Assembly (NCBI GenBank): GCA_051362555.1
Contig: CM120640.1
Span: forward strand, 39,472,788-39,536,787
Direction: 5' to 3'
From: Lingula anatina
Taxonomy: Eukaryota; Animalia; Brachiopoda
DNA length: 64,000 nucleotides
This document shows, in pieces, positions 14,864-29,310 of the stretch (position 1 is its first letter; each line of letters begins with the position of its first letter). A model generated the notes under the pieces. It ran no database searches. It worked only from the letters and a program-made list of their open reading frames with translations, and was not told where the DNA came from. A program made the position numbers and the translations under genes.

Positions 14864-17800
14864 TCACTGATGCTGAGGGAACTGGACTGAAGGTTGAGGA
14901 CCCTGTGATGGCACTAAATATACAGAAACAGCAGGGTTAAATTTCCAACCAACTTCATTCAATTCAACATAGTCTACTACACCATGGCTAGTAGATCTAC
15001 TGTAGAATAAAAGTGATTTGAAATTCCCTTTGCCTGATAACATGTAGCTGTATATGTAATGTACATCTCTGGACTTGCTTCCAAATTTTCCTTTGTTTAG
15101 AACTTGAACGTGTGAGAAATGATTTTTGGAAATTCCTAGTGGCCATTTTTTTTAAATTGTGCCAGTGCAGTGTCTTTACAATAAACGTAAGAGGTTATTT
15201 TTGATTACTCAGCTGTCAACTTATTTCATTTCATGACAGTCTAGAAAACAGTTGACAATAATTTTAACGAAGTAGGAAAAATGTCAGTGTGAGTCCAGTA
15301 TAGCCCAGGTGAATATTGCAGGTGTGTGTGTGTAGCTGTGTTTACCTTGATGAGGCACATGATATTGCATGTGTATTCCACTGGGAGCCATGTTAACAGA
15401 ATGAGGGACCATAGGGTGCACCTGATGCATCGGACCTGGCCCTGAAACTGAATAAACAAATTCTATGCAAATCATATGAAATCGTAAAAAATCTTTTGCA
15501 GGAGTTGTTTTAAAAAATATGGTTGTCAAACTGCAGATTTAGATGGATAAAAGTTTTTCAATAAAAATATGTTGCATACACTGCTTTGAAATTAATTTTT
15601 GAACATAATTTATAATACATAATAACAATAATTACAAACTTCCTCCTCTAAAATTTAGAAATTATATAAAAGCTAGCCGAGGGATATACATGCTTTAGAT
15701 AGAATAAATTGTCAAAATCTACATGCCATGAGATAAGTTACTGTTGGTTCTTAAAAATCAAACTGTTAAAGCCTAGCACTCACTTTGGCTTCACACCAAT
15801 AGCTAAAAGAATAATGTTCTTACCTTGTTAAAATTAAAAACAAATCAAAAACAAAACAATAAACAAATCAGCTGCTTTGTATGGAATCACACCAGGCAAT
15901 CAAGGGCTAAGAGGTTGCTTTATAGCTGCCAATTCAGTCTTCAAAACTGGTCTCCATGCAGTTAGTTCCAGTAACATCTCATGCACTTTACATATCTCAG
16001 CAGCAACATAATCAGGAGCTAGGGAGTTTATTCATGCACTTGCAGGCACACTGAATGTCATTCCTATGATCATCACAATAGGCTAACATAAAGCATTTTT
16101 CGGTCCAAAAATATTGCTTCCAGAAAGATTTTTAAAAGTAACTAATTTTAAAATGCATTTTCTCAACTTAAAAATATAAATGACACATTTTAACCCAGGC
16201 ATTAAGAAACATTTGGCAATATTTCCTTCTTGCCATGCAAGCATGCCCAATCGAAGCACTTCAAGTCATGGGTCTTCATTTTTTATGAAAATGGCGAAAA
16301 AAAATTCTAGACAAGCATTCCTATATCTGAGCTCCTGTTTCCAGCCCCTGTTTACCTGGTGTTGTTCCATAAGCTGAAGGAATCAGAACTGTGCGGCTAA
16401 TACCTTGCATATGAGGTGTCTGGAACTGAGGGTTCCCGGTCAGCTGTGGATGTTGCCCCGTGGCCGCCCCAAACTGGCCCTGGTGCTGAGGCTGAGGCAT
16501 CATCACTATCTGAGGCTGTGGCTGGCCACTGGGGTGATTGTGTTGTTGGTGATGTACTGTGTTGGTAGAAGATTGCTGGCTGTGAGCTATTGTCATGAAG
16601 GAGCCATTGTTTGGGATATTCATGGTTGTGGAGTAACTATATGGGAAGGAGACTTGGTGCATTGGCTGAGGTGAAGTGGGTGTGTTTGGATGAACTGGTT
16701 GCCCCTGTTGTCCCGCCTGTGGGCCCGCCGGGAATATAACATGCTGTGGTGTGCCTGAGGGTGGGGGATGCTGAGGGTGCATCTGTTGGGGGCCTCCAGC
16801 TTGGACAGGGCTAGGAGTTGGGTGCCCTGGTTGATGTGTCATCTGTCCTCCACCTCCGCCTGCTGTGTGTGGAGGCGTCCCTTGATGGTGTGGGGCCATG
16901 TGGGCAGGCTGTGGGTGAGGATGGCCCCCATGGTGGTGGGCAGCCATGTGTGCAGGCACAGCTGAAGCTCCTGGATGTTGGACTGGAATAGAAACAATTA
17001 TAAATATAACCAAACTGCATGCTGAATTACACTTTAATAGACACAATCTTTTTTGTGGTGTATGTAATCATTTCACAGACAGCTAGAATTAGTTGACTTT
17101 GGTAGAAGAAAATAAAAGATAGTGAAATTTTGTATTGATTTGAAATTATTTGCTGCGACTACATAAAACTAATAACTATAAGCATTTAAAAAAATTCCCA
17201 ACTGGTCCTGCTACAGAACTGTCTATATCACATTCCTCTTCATGTGACATCATCCAAACACTATGACAGTCAATACTTTATCAGTTAACATCAATATCAT
17301 ACTCATCATAAACACATGAAATTCTCATATGCACCTATCTGTTCCATCACATTTTCTATCCGTCTTACCTAGTAATTGGGCTCCATGCTCTGTCTGCCCT
17401 TGAGAGTTTGGCACCATATTAAGCTGTTGTGTTGACATCACAGGTGTGGCACCAGTATTGTGGTTACTCATACTTATTACCTGCAACACAGAAACGAATA
17501 CAGATGTCACTGGTGAAGCAAGTATAGCAGTTGTATTTATGTTTCATATGAACACAGACTAAAGTATATGGGAAACACAAGTATTCTGACCACTCCTACC
17601 AATCAACAAGAACAAAGGGCAGGGGGTCTTGTAAGTGAAAAAATAGAAATACATTAATCTTTTAATGTAATCAGAAGTACATAAGACCTTCTTTAGAGAA
17701 CACTGAGATTAAAATCAATAAACAAATCTTCTTAAGAACAGAAAATAATTAAGCATATCAAACCTGTTGAGGATATGGGTTGACCATTCCTTGATGAACC

Positions 17801-20800
17801 ATTGGTTGTACAGGGTACACTCCTGCAGGTAAGAACTGTGTAGCCTGATTAGGTCCAGGCTGAGCCATAAGTGGCTGACCAGTGACAGCATTAGCTGCAG
17901 CAGCCTGAGAGCTAAAGTTGGGTCTTGGATTGACTGACACTTCAGCTGAAAGCACATAGAACAAATATGAAAGCAAAATGATCACCATCTCACATTTTTC
18001 GATAAATCAAAAATCATTTTTCATAGTAAAGCGGAATATCTCAATATCATATTCATGGTATGGCCTCTGGCAAAAAAAGTTTCTGTAAAGTTAATTAAGA
18101 AATCAATATTCTATGCCAGGGACACTTTTCCTCAAATAGTGCCATGGTAGTTAAAATGTGAAAGTCAAAGACATTTGATCAGCATGCAAATGCATCATAG
18201 TTCTACATCCATCTAAAAAAAAAATATAACAAACTGATTTTTGTGTGGAACTACATGTTCTTCTCCTCACCTCTTTTCACAAATCTCTGCTGTTGTCCAG
18301 GTTGCAGCATGGGTTGCTGTGGCATGCCAGCCATTCCCATTTGAGACATGGCAACATTGGCAGGCATAAACTGCTGGTACATCGGCTGTTGAAACACTGG
18401 GGTCTGGATCAGTGGACTTTGAGAATTTGGCCTAGGGGGTGTAGGGGCTTGCTTCTGGAAAGAAGACATTGCTGAAGTTTCAGGTTTCCTTCTTTTTTTT
18501 TTTTAATTTAGATAACATAGTGTAGTTGTAAACATGGAACACACATCTTATAATTTTCCTTTTGAAAATTTTTCAATACTGAAAATAAAAGAAATAAAAT
18601 TCTACTTACAGGTTGAAAGGGCTTTGCATTTGGATTAAAAACAAATTCCTTAGCATTGGGATTCAATGTTGACTTTTTCACAGTGCTAAAAAAGAAACAC
18701 GTTCATACATTGTGAATGCTTATCCAATAACACTTAACAGTTGCATACAAACATTAGACAATATTATTTATATTGTTTTAAAGGGTAAAACAATCATTCT
18801 GTACCAAAATTAAATGAATTAAAAAATAATAAATAAATAAATAAATAAAAATAAAAACAAACCCAATTCCTACTTACTCATCTTTATTTTCTGGTGTTGC
18901 TGTTTCTGACTTTTTGTCATCTGAAGGAGCAGCCTTTGATGTTTCTGATGACTTATCTTTCTCAGGTGATGCCTGCTGTCCTGTTTCTTCCTTAGAATGG
19001 TCTTTGTCTGATAACTAGCAAAAAACAAAACATAATTACAGTGTGGCAGAAAAAAAGAATCATTTTTCTATAGAAACATACTTACAATTCAGTTTTGATC
19101 TCTTGACTGTGTGTGCTATTCCAAAAATATTGAGGTTATGATTAGCCCATCACAGGGTAATATCTAATCCTCAATGGCCCCACAGGGTAATAATCTAATC
19201 CTCTATTGCATCACAGGGAAATAATCTAATCCTCTATTCCCCCAACCATTGTAATAGGGTGAAGTCCCCAGCAATGGAGATGTTTGCTAATATTGCATGG
19301 TATTAAGTTAGGCAGTCACAACTGGACTAGAAGAGTTGAATTTGACATTAAGAATATGCATTCTTAGTCTGAGTGAACAACAAAAGGACATTAAACCTGT
19401 AAGCTGGATTTTATAAAACTTACTTTGAAATTTGTACTAAATTCTTTAAGTTCTTTTATCTGGTCTTGCCGAGCTGAAAATAAAAATACAATTTGGTAAA
19501 ACAAAGACTAACCTGCAAGAAACAAGTGATATAAGTTGGTTAAGATATTCATTAATTCTTTTAAACACATAAAAACCATTTGCCCAATAATGGACCAAAA
19601 AACAGAAAAAAAAAAAATGTGAAAACAACTTTCATTCCAGTAGTGCTATAAGCATATGCAAACATCACACCTTTTTGATTAGTCGGATTAGTCCTCCTGT
19701 CCATCTTCACTGCACTCTTCTCACTCTGTGGCAGTGGTGCTGGCAGACTGGTGGTGCCCCCTGGAGAGGTCTCTTCTACTGGGAGCTGTGGACTTACTTC
19801 TGTATTATTTGTTTTACTAACTGTATCTACTTCTGTTTTCTTTTCTTCTTTTTCTATTTCAAAGGAAATGTATTTGATAAATGACTTAAAAATTATATGC
19901 ACAACTTACAGTCCTTATTTTTAAAAATATTTCATCAAATATAAACTAGAATTTAGCTGGTTTAGTTAGGTAAGCTACATCATGTTATAATAATTATTCT
20001 TCTTTCACAACTTCTGACTGATGGTTTTTCTTAGAATTTTTACCTCCATTCATTTTTGGCTGTGTCTCCTCTGTGGGAGTAGAAGGTTTCTGTTGTGTAG
20101 CAACTTGTGTTGGAGAAGGTCCTCCACGATTGCCGCGAGTCTGGGGACCACTTCGCCTATGAGGTGGCACATATCTGAAAGACCTAAAATTTTGCCTTTT
20201 GAATAGTACCTGGTTAAATTATTTGAAAACACCTTCTTTTTGATTATTATTTAGAAGTCATTATTTTACTTACTGTCTTAATAAATCAATTGTCCATTCT
20301 GGTATTTGGGTATAATGAGTATTATGTATATTGTACAATGAGTTTAATTTATCTGTTATTTGGACACAAGCTCAAATAGATTTAAATTGCTTCCTAGTAG
20401 TAAGCAGTGAGCTCCTGTTATAATTAAAACTCACTTGCTGCCAGAGTGGTTGGACTCCCCTGGCCTGACTACTGCACTGAATTTATCCTCCTCATCACTC
20501 CCTGTGTCTTCTAATGCTATATGTGCTTTGTACTGATCACTAGATTCTATCTCTGCTGCTAGTCTGGCTGCCTCAGCCTGTCTTTGGCGGAATTCTGGTG
20601 TATTTTTACGCTCTAATGGAGTTCTGTAAAAAAATTTCAAGGCTTAACAGACATTCCATGGAAAAGAGAACGTAACATCTGTTTAAATATACCACGCTCA
20701 CTCATATTTTCATTTTTTTCTTTGAAGATCTAATAAATTAATTATTTTCTGCATTTTTTTTTTCTTTGAATATTTAATGAAAAAGTCAACATCCAGCCTG

Positions 20801-23785
20801 ATATCTATATGTTAAATTGTTTTCACTAGACTTTTCAAACACAATTAACTTACGTATATTGAGTTAATGAATCATCATACGATGTTTTCACATTAAAAAC
20901 TTCTGCATTTGTTCTGAACATATCGTTGGCATCCCAACCATTCTGAAAACAAAAAAAAAATCCCATTTTAAATTAATTTAAGACTTGCAAAACTTCCTAA
21001 CACACTTATCCTGAAATACAAGTAATTCAAAACTCATCCACTATAACACAAGAGAGATTACTGGCACCACATTACTGGCGCAGGTATTCCCACTCAGCCA
21101 AATTTGTTCATTCTTTCCATAATGTTCCCCTCAATACCCAAGTTTTCTTCCAAAAACTGGATTAAAAATTGTTATATAGGTCACTTTAATATTTTGAACA
21201 TGGCACTTAATGTCATATTATGCTAATCAATTGCAAAACCCACTTTGTCCTGGTACACAGCTGCCTCCATATGCCTTTGATGTAATAAGGTTGCCATAGC
21301 TTAATTTATCCTCAGACTTTTTTTTCAAATAAGAATTTCCAAAAGGTAAGACAAGAATAATGAAGAAATGCTGAAAAAAATGTCCCTATTCTTACAGCTG
21401 AATCTCCTTCCAGTGCTCCTAGCTCACAGAGGGGTCCCTCTGCCTCCCATGGTTCTAGTTCTTTCTCCCCCACCTGACCATTGAACTTGCTTATAGCAGA
21501 GTCCGTAAATGAATCTGCAAGAGCAAAATGAGCAAATATAACTGAACTGCAATGATATAAACACATTCAACGTGCCCATTAAGGTGCAACATATACTACA
21601 ACATGGAGCTTACTTCATTGAGCAATATCTTGAAATCATTATATGCTGGCATCATTTAACTTTCTCTATTCAGTCTCAGAACCCCGCCTACCTTTAACCA
21701 TATCATATTTCACCATGAAACTTTTTTGATTATAAATATTCAATATGCACATTTTGCCACACACATTCTGTTTTCCCTCCTTGCCACAGGTTATCTGCAT
21801 CTACCTTTTCATGTCCTACCTTTATATGCATACTCCATGTCTACATTTAATGCCGTGAGCATGAGAATATCTTGTGTTTTAAAGACCACTTTGTCTATGA
21901 TCTGGTCTTTGGAAGGGGTGGTGTTCACCATGTTATTGACTGTGTCATCTATTTTGTGCACACACTCCAGAACAATCTCCATCTGGAAAAAAAAAATAAT
22001 AAATAAAACTCTTAACTGAACTAAACTGTATTCTATTGATAAGAATGTAATTTTTTTTTTGAGGAAGTACTACTAAATTTTCACTGTACAAGGCATTTGG
22101 GCATCTAGGTGACATGTGGTAACAAGTACATCATTCCCAAAACAAAATTGTTATCAATACTTAAGAAAGTTAAATTTCCAGCATATAAAGTTCTCATGCA
22201 CTGTTTTTTTAGGTCTTTTCTTACCTTTGGAGAAAAAGTTCTCATAACTCCTTCATATTTCCCACCATTCTTAACTATAACTTCAACATTGCAGCCCTGC
22301 AACAAAAAAGAAGGCAGTTAGGTTGTCTGTGGGAAAAATAGTTTGTGACAGTTCTTCATATAAAACAAACCAAATTTTAACATTCAGTCCTGAATAAACA
22401 TCCTCTTAATTCAAAATTTGATAGAACATTTTATTTGCAGACTACCCCTGACAGCTAACAAATGAAAAGTTTTGTTTACTTACCACTAAAGATGTTACTG
22501 CATGTGTGAACCGGGCATTTCCATATACCCCTTCAGTCTGAAACACATAACATGCCATGACTAAACAAACATCATTCTCTTCTTCCCCAATATCTGAAGC
22601 ACCTGTAAGGCCTGGTTTGTTTATTAGTTCACTTAACTTATCATACAGCTAACACTGTACCTTTTTAGAAAGTTCACTTTCATACTGTAGGATATGCATT
22701 TTAATTCCCTGTATATGTGCAATGCTAAAAGGTAAAAGGAACCATTCACTCCCTTAGATCTCTATAACTATTCAACTGCACGCAAATCCAAGTATCAATT
22801 TACTAATAATATACATTTTCAACAGATGATCTGCTCAGTGAACATGATGACATCAATAAATGAAATTAAAAAAAAAACATTCACAATTCACTTCTAAGTT
22901 CCACTAAAAAAAATTAACCCATAGCATCTACATAATTAACAAGATTCAGAAATCCCTCTTAGCTATTCCTCCTAAACACCATTGCCAAATGTTTGGATAA
23001 TCTTAGCAGAAAACAGTGTTGTTATTTATGTTGCTATTTTTCACATCTCAAGTGCACACCTCGGTATTCTTCCATAATGGCTTGTAGAGACGGAATATCA
23101 AACTTATTAGAATTATGTTTTTGGACCAAGTTATGTTAAGGTTAATTATTCTGACTATGTCAGTTAGCATAACTAGCGCAAGTTATTTTCAGGCATGACT
23201 TTTTGCCAACCATTTGCTTTACAGAAACTTTCTTTAGAATTTCTGGGCAATAAAAAAATAAAAGGTATTTTTTAATGAATGATCATCTCAAAATGACTAT
23301 CACACAGTTTACTTACATATAATGCTTTATCCACTTGTCCTCCTCTCATTCGTGTAGTTCTGAAATACGAGAAAGGTTTAAACCATTAAGAGAATCTAAT
23401 AAAAGCCAATTCTTCTTAGTACACTAACAAAAAAAAGAAAAAAAAATCTTGATTGAGGAAACTTGGTTCAAATTTCAGACTTCATTAAACATCCAAAATC
23501 AAGCTCAGTTGCAAGAGTACAATTTAAAATGTTTTGGATAAATTGGAACCTAATAGCTTTTCTCTCCAATCACCAATCAATTAATCAATAAAATAACAAT
23601 AATAAATACATAACCTGAAATAAAGCTACATTCAAAACTGAATACCTATATAAAAAGTCCACCTGTTATCATTGTTGTTGAGTCCAATGTTGACACGTAT
23701 ATAGTATCTAAGTAATATTTGACTTTTTCCTATGCACTTTAATGAAATATATATTTAGTGCCATATGCTATAGATCAAAAGTTCA

Positions 23786-23830
<45 letters not shown>

Positions 23831-26532
23831 CCACTGTGTTATTTTTTTTCAACTACCAGAAATTCCTTTGAGACGCTGAACTGAAATGAACTTACTATAT
23901 ACCCTTTGATAGGTTTTCCTCTCTTCCTACTAATGAAATGTCTAGTGAGCCAAATGCCAAGCATGCACAGTCTGGCATAGGAACAGTGGCAAAGGTCACA
24001 GCAACTCCAACAATATTTCCTTTCACTTCGTTTTAAAGATTTTCTGGTAGTAATCACATTTTACCTAGACCAAGAATTCTCAATAGAAGTGTCTAGACAT
24101 ATAACTTCTTTTCACTTCCATTTGTCTTTCCTGCATACATTAATTATATCAAAAATACTGTAACTGGTATGATTCCACAAATGCACATTAAATCCTGTTT
24201 CACTTGTCACTTCTTCCCTAAGAAATCCCAATCAAAATATTCATCAACTATCCAGGATATCAGCACTTACAAATGCAAGTGACTGTACTAAGAATAAATG
24301 TATATAAAAGAACAGAATTTAGGCTAAGAAAATAATCCAAAATGTGTTGCTATCAAACTTGAACCATAACTGATGCATAAGTCTGCTGATTACATAGTAG
24401 AGAGTAGAAGTGTTGTACATACCTGTCTATGCCAACTCAAAGTGATATAATAATATTATGCCCTGCTGTTGCAGTATATTGTGTATATGTACCAAAATAC
24501 AACAGCAGTCTTAGTGCCACATATTCATATAGATAAAAATAGACAAAATCAATATCTTCCTACAATGCATCCTATGAGTACACTATATGGAAATTGGATT
24601 TCCAAGAAAAGTGCCCACAGATATAAAGCCTTTGTCTCTGTTAACAAATGGGGTTCTAAGAAAGGAGAGTCAGCACCATGAAGAAATTCAGGTTGCAGGA
24701 TAAAATCTTTAGGAAATTCCTTCATGGTGTATATAAATTCCAGACATAATATGTAGATACTGTTCATTCTCCTATTTCATCAGCTATAGTGTGCTGCCAT
24801 CTTTTGGCAAAACAGAGAGTCATCAGCAGCCAAGGTATACTAAAAAACAACCAAAACAAACAAAATACAGTTGATATGTACTTAGTGCATAGCTCATTCC
24901 TAGTACAACTAGCTGTTCATCATTACAGCTGCAGGGGTGTTCTTGGATAAGTTTTAGTTTTAGACTTGGCAGCCTCAGAGCTAACACTAGATCATTTAGT
25001 ACTAGGAGGGGTGTAACATTAAAAATAAAATCACATAATTGTGAGTCAATTTATAACCTGCATGCTGTCAATAATATAGCCTAATGCTTTATAAAAAAAG
25101 CTTACTTAAGAATTCACTTGGCATTTTCCTGGAATACAACCTGGCTCTATCTAATGCCACCTGTATTGAAAATTGAAAAAAAAAAAAAAAAAAAAAAAAA
25201 AAAGATTGGCATTGCCAGTTCTTTCCATTTGCATGGAGCAAATACTGGGCAAAATGCATGATAATAAAAAATTTTTTTCTGATAAGGGGCAGTGACACTT
25301 ACAATGATTTTTCATGTGTTAGCACTCCTATTTATTTAAATATATATCATATTATGATCCACAGGCATTAACACGAAAAGTTAAGGTGTAAATATGACCA
25401 ACATTGATTTTAAATGCAAGAAATGAGTCAATAGGACTATTTCTCACATCGAAAGTAACTCTCCAGTTGAGCTCAAAATTACATGCACTGTGCAACTTCT
25501 AGTCAATATATGGTTCTGTGTGGTTGTTTGTTTTCTGGCAGGCAAATATCTCACTACATGATTTGACTTTCTTCACAAGTTAAATGACAGTCTTCACAAT
25601 GGGTTTGATTTGATTTCAAGACAGTATATAACAAACAGATGAAACGTACTTATAAATTGGTTGACTTTTCAGCAGCATGTGACTTCAGTAGGTGAAAGGT
25701 AATACAATGATTTGACAGCTCCAGCTCCAGGCTGGACACACTAGCTAACTGTCAATGCACAGTTATCTCTACCTTTATCTTTCTTGTATTAGGTCATATA
25801 ATGCACATTAAAAAACATCAATAGGAGTGCTCACGTGAATTTTTGTATAGTGATGCTCTGAAAAGTGAGGTAACCTTCCATTCTTGGTGTCTGAATATTG
25901 TCAGTTTTGACATAAAAATGAGGATAACAGATACAAAAAGCTCTTCCCTCATTTTAAACTTGAATATTAATTCTGAGCATTCTTTTCTAGCAAACTTCAG
26001 CACCTCACATATTCAATTTTTTTTCTTTCTTTCTTTTTTTTTTTTTTTTTGCCTAAGACAAAAACTGTAAGGGGGGTGGGGCAGACAAACTGGGCTTTAT
26101 TGAAAATCATACATAGTATTTGCCTCACATAGCAATTTCATTTACCAGTAATTAGAGCATTGAAACAGAGTATTTTTTACATATTCATTTAACATAACTT
26201 ACAATCACTTACGTGTATGTGTGAGTGTTTGTAAGGAATATGTACCACTGGACAAAAAGAATATGTACCAATTGATTTATAAACCTCACATTAAGAGCAT
26301 TTCTTGAAATGACTCATCTTTCCAGCCACTGTACCTTTAAACCAATTATGTCAGTGTTCCCAGACAGTTCCCATTAGACATTACACATTTACAGCAGATC
26401 TTTCTTTTACTGTAATTTTCTTAAGATACGAAATGGTTAAAATGGATTATTATTACACTTAGTAGGCAAACAGGCATTGGATAATACATACCTGGGACCA
26501 GCGTTTGGCCTTGGTTTTCCTCTTCTATTCAT
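14864..26532 (-). CDS. ATXN2: Ataxin-2 homolog, about 849 aa, 19 coding exons
   Basis: Exons 26532-26492, 23359-23317, 22537-22484, 22296-22225, 21982-21820, 21514-21396, 20942-20854, 20623-20435, 20174-20044, 19853-19671, 19473-19424, 19014-18878, 18685-18610, 18454-18271, 17945-17764, 17480-17369, 16982-16404, 15441-15346, 14913-14864; phases consistent, total 2550 nt. Lsm domain (EGVYGNARF...GGKYEGVMRTFSPK), FTDSAIS, KELEPW, LsmAD (NGWDANDMF...AARLAAEIE...EEDKFSAV), PAM2 (STLNPNAKEF), P/Q/H-rich C-terminus. The first two and last exons rest on phase and splice quality only. Confidence 0.92.
19148..19238. repeat. Three-copy minisatellite, unit about 30-31 bp, in an ATXN2 intron
   Basis: cacagggtaa(t)aatctaatcctc(t)att-like unit repeated three times. 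Confidence 0.85.
23787..23827. repeat. Poly(A) run of about 41 nt
   Basis: Seen directly; similar shorter runs at about 25176-25203 and 28786-28813. Confidence 0.9.
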
Positions 26533-26899
26533 CGTGGACTCGTGCCTTTGCAGTTCGTGTGTTCCACTCACTTTTTAACTGAAGTTTACTTTTTACTGAT
26601 ATTCGTGACAGTTCCTAAAATCCTTTTCAGTGCTATATTTTTTGGATCATCGAATCAATGTGGCCATGTAACCTCTAGGTTGGCCTTGCTAGAATCTACC
26701 TTACCATAGAATAAATAATAATTATAAATGATCCAACTGATGAATACTGTCAAGTTTTGTTCGGATGCTGTCCTCACTAAGTCGGAAAGGATATCCAATA
26801 TGGAGGATAGAACTACTTTCATGATGCGACCACTAATGAAAATCTAGAGAACTAAAACTTTCGGGTGTTAACCTTTTAAAGTAAGGCGTTAAGTTTTGA

Positions 26900-27720
26900 T
26901 ACAACTTTTATTTAAAATGCTTCAATGAAAATTTAATTCTTAATGATGTTTGCTTTGTTCGGTTTTACTTTTTGCGCATGTATACAGAGCACCTGTCACC
27001 GAGGTAAATAGGTCAAGATGGCGCGCTTTTGTGCTCGTGAATGTTACGTGTTCATAAGATTTTATTATCTGCAATCTAATTTCTCTTTTGGTCAAATGTG
27101 GCTTATGTGTAGAATTTTTTGTTGATTTCTTGAAAATTTTATTTTGTCTCGTTTAAAGTATTAATGAAATTGTTAACGACAATGTGGTTGCATATAAGGT
27201 TGAGACCTCTAAACTCGAACAAACATGTCTACTAATCAAATCATTAATGTATCGTTAATAAAAGGGGTTTGTCATAATTTCCACCTGAATGAGATGTTCA
27301 CGTAATATTAACTTGATCTTCACACTTCCACTACCCCCTCCCGCCCTCACAAACATATATTGGCACGCATATTCTCACGAACCCTTCCTTATCTTTTTGT
27401 GTTATAAGAAATCAAACAAATACAAAAATCCATTTTTCTTAGACGGAAATAAAAAGCTTGAAATCTAATCATAAATTTGGGACGTTGTTAGCGGTGTCAC
27501 CGTTGAAACCCTTTCCGCAATACTGCACTATTTATTCCAGTCTTTAGTTGGCCCGAACATGCGCATTTGACATACTTGATACTTCCGGAAACAATTGGTT
27601 GAAGGAAGATGTACTTCAAAACAGAATCTGTGAATTGTATTCATAGGTAAAATATGTGACCGAAACGTAGAACGGATATGTTCTTCCGGAAAACAGGTAA
27701 AGTTCATTTTGCAACAGTTA
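26900..27720. promoter_or_regulatory. Probable bidirectional promoter region, ATXN2 / TBC1D10
   Basis: Local CpG enrichment between divergent genes; YY1-like caagatggcg (about 27014), NRF1-like tgcgcat (about 26973, 27560), ETS-like ttccggaa (about 27583, 27684); candidate 5'UTR donors gtaaaa at 27647 and gtaaag at 27697. Confidence 0.55.
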
Positions 27721-28785
27721 CATTTAATATGCAGTCGATGATGTTAGGCAAACTGTTTGAATTCTTGCTTCCTTTCCTGATACTTCCCTGCCACTGCCCT
27801 TTACACTACACACAGTCACTAGCCTTGGATGGTGATTCAGACGTGAAGAAGTTACACCCATCTTTGCATCTTTTCGCTTACAATAGCCAGCGGATAATGA
27901 AATATCTTGCATCGTTGATATGTGCATGAGATCTAGAAACAGAGACATAAAAGAACTAATGAGTACCATAAATAAAGGTGTAACCAACTTTGAGGTACTT
28001 ATTTTGTTCCTTCTGAAGTAATATATACTGTTGAAATGTTTTGGTCCAGCCAATTTTTTCTCTGACAGCGGGAGCACCTGCACACTTTTGAAAATTTTAT
28101 GTACAACAGACATCAAAGACAAAAAGTGAAGTAAATTCTGATCAGGTGATGGTGCAGAGATAGCTATCAACAGCCAACAATTAGTAGGCAGGATTATATG
28201 CTAATGATGTCATTATGGTTTTGCCTTTTGTGCCTCGTTAGCTTCTTGGTATGTATTCATTTTTAAACCCACATTTTTTACCAGTATTTTAATCTAAAAT
28301 CTTGAGACATACCTACACAGAAAAAAAAACATTTTTTTAGGAAAAAAGTTGTACACACATCCTGAACTTATAAGTGGTACAGCTAGTTTATATCATTTGA
28401 TGTTTTGACCATACCCAGATTTCTGTCTCTAGCCTATTGACAGAAATCACACTAAATTCAAGAAGATGAATGTCTATGGCAAAGTGTGTAAAAAAAAATA
28501 TATGTAGGAAAATTTCAACCCAAAATATGTCTAAATAAAAGAGAAGAATGATGAAATCATCTTAAGTTATATTTTTAAATCAGATTGGGTTGACATATCT
28601 TTAAAGATTGTCTTGTAATTGTTTGCTCATCATATTTACTTGAACCCTCAGTTACAATACAAATGGGAGATGGGTGTATTGCAGAAAACTTTGACTTGTT
28701 GTTTGTTTTGAGCTAATCCTAATGAGAAATGTTGACCAAACTTCACAAGAAACACTTAATATTACTTTTTACAAAGGAAATCTTC

Positions 28786-28816
<31 letters not shown>

Positions 28817-29310
28817 AACTGAAATTTTATAATTTAGACCTACAAATGATTTGCTTGTAATTTTGTAACCTATGCTGGTTTATAAATATTGATCCTTTCG
28901 CTAGTGAGCTTGGGCAAGCTTAGAATTGCCTCTTAGTATTGTAAAAAGACAATTTATGTGTAACTGTGTAGATAAACAGTGCAGTCTGAGTCATGTATTT
29001 CATAAATTAAGTTTTTTAGAATCTAGTAATGGACTTACACTTTAGTCCATGCAGTGCTGTTGCATTCCTCTTATAGAAACTTTAGCCTTTATCATGGAAT
29101 CACAATGATGTAACAAGACTGAGTTTAGTTCCACCTGTACTCTTAAGCTATTGCATATTAATAAAAGGACTGGGAAATTTTTAACATAATTGAAAGGTTA
29201 CTGTAAATGTAAAATGGAAAAGAACCTTACTAGTACCTGTAGGGTGTTAATAATGTACAATATCTTACTTGCAGTGAATGATATCTTGGCCTTCACATAA
29301 ATGAACCACG

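Noticed and set aside
19148-19238. CRISPR-like array
   Set aside because: Head-to-tail minisatellite with no unique spacers, inside a spliceosomal intron.
27724-28170. 148-aa minus-strand ORF
   Set aside because: Non-ATG start, no domain recognised, antisense to the probable TBC1D10 5'UTR intron.
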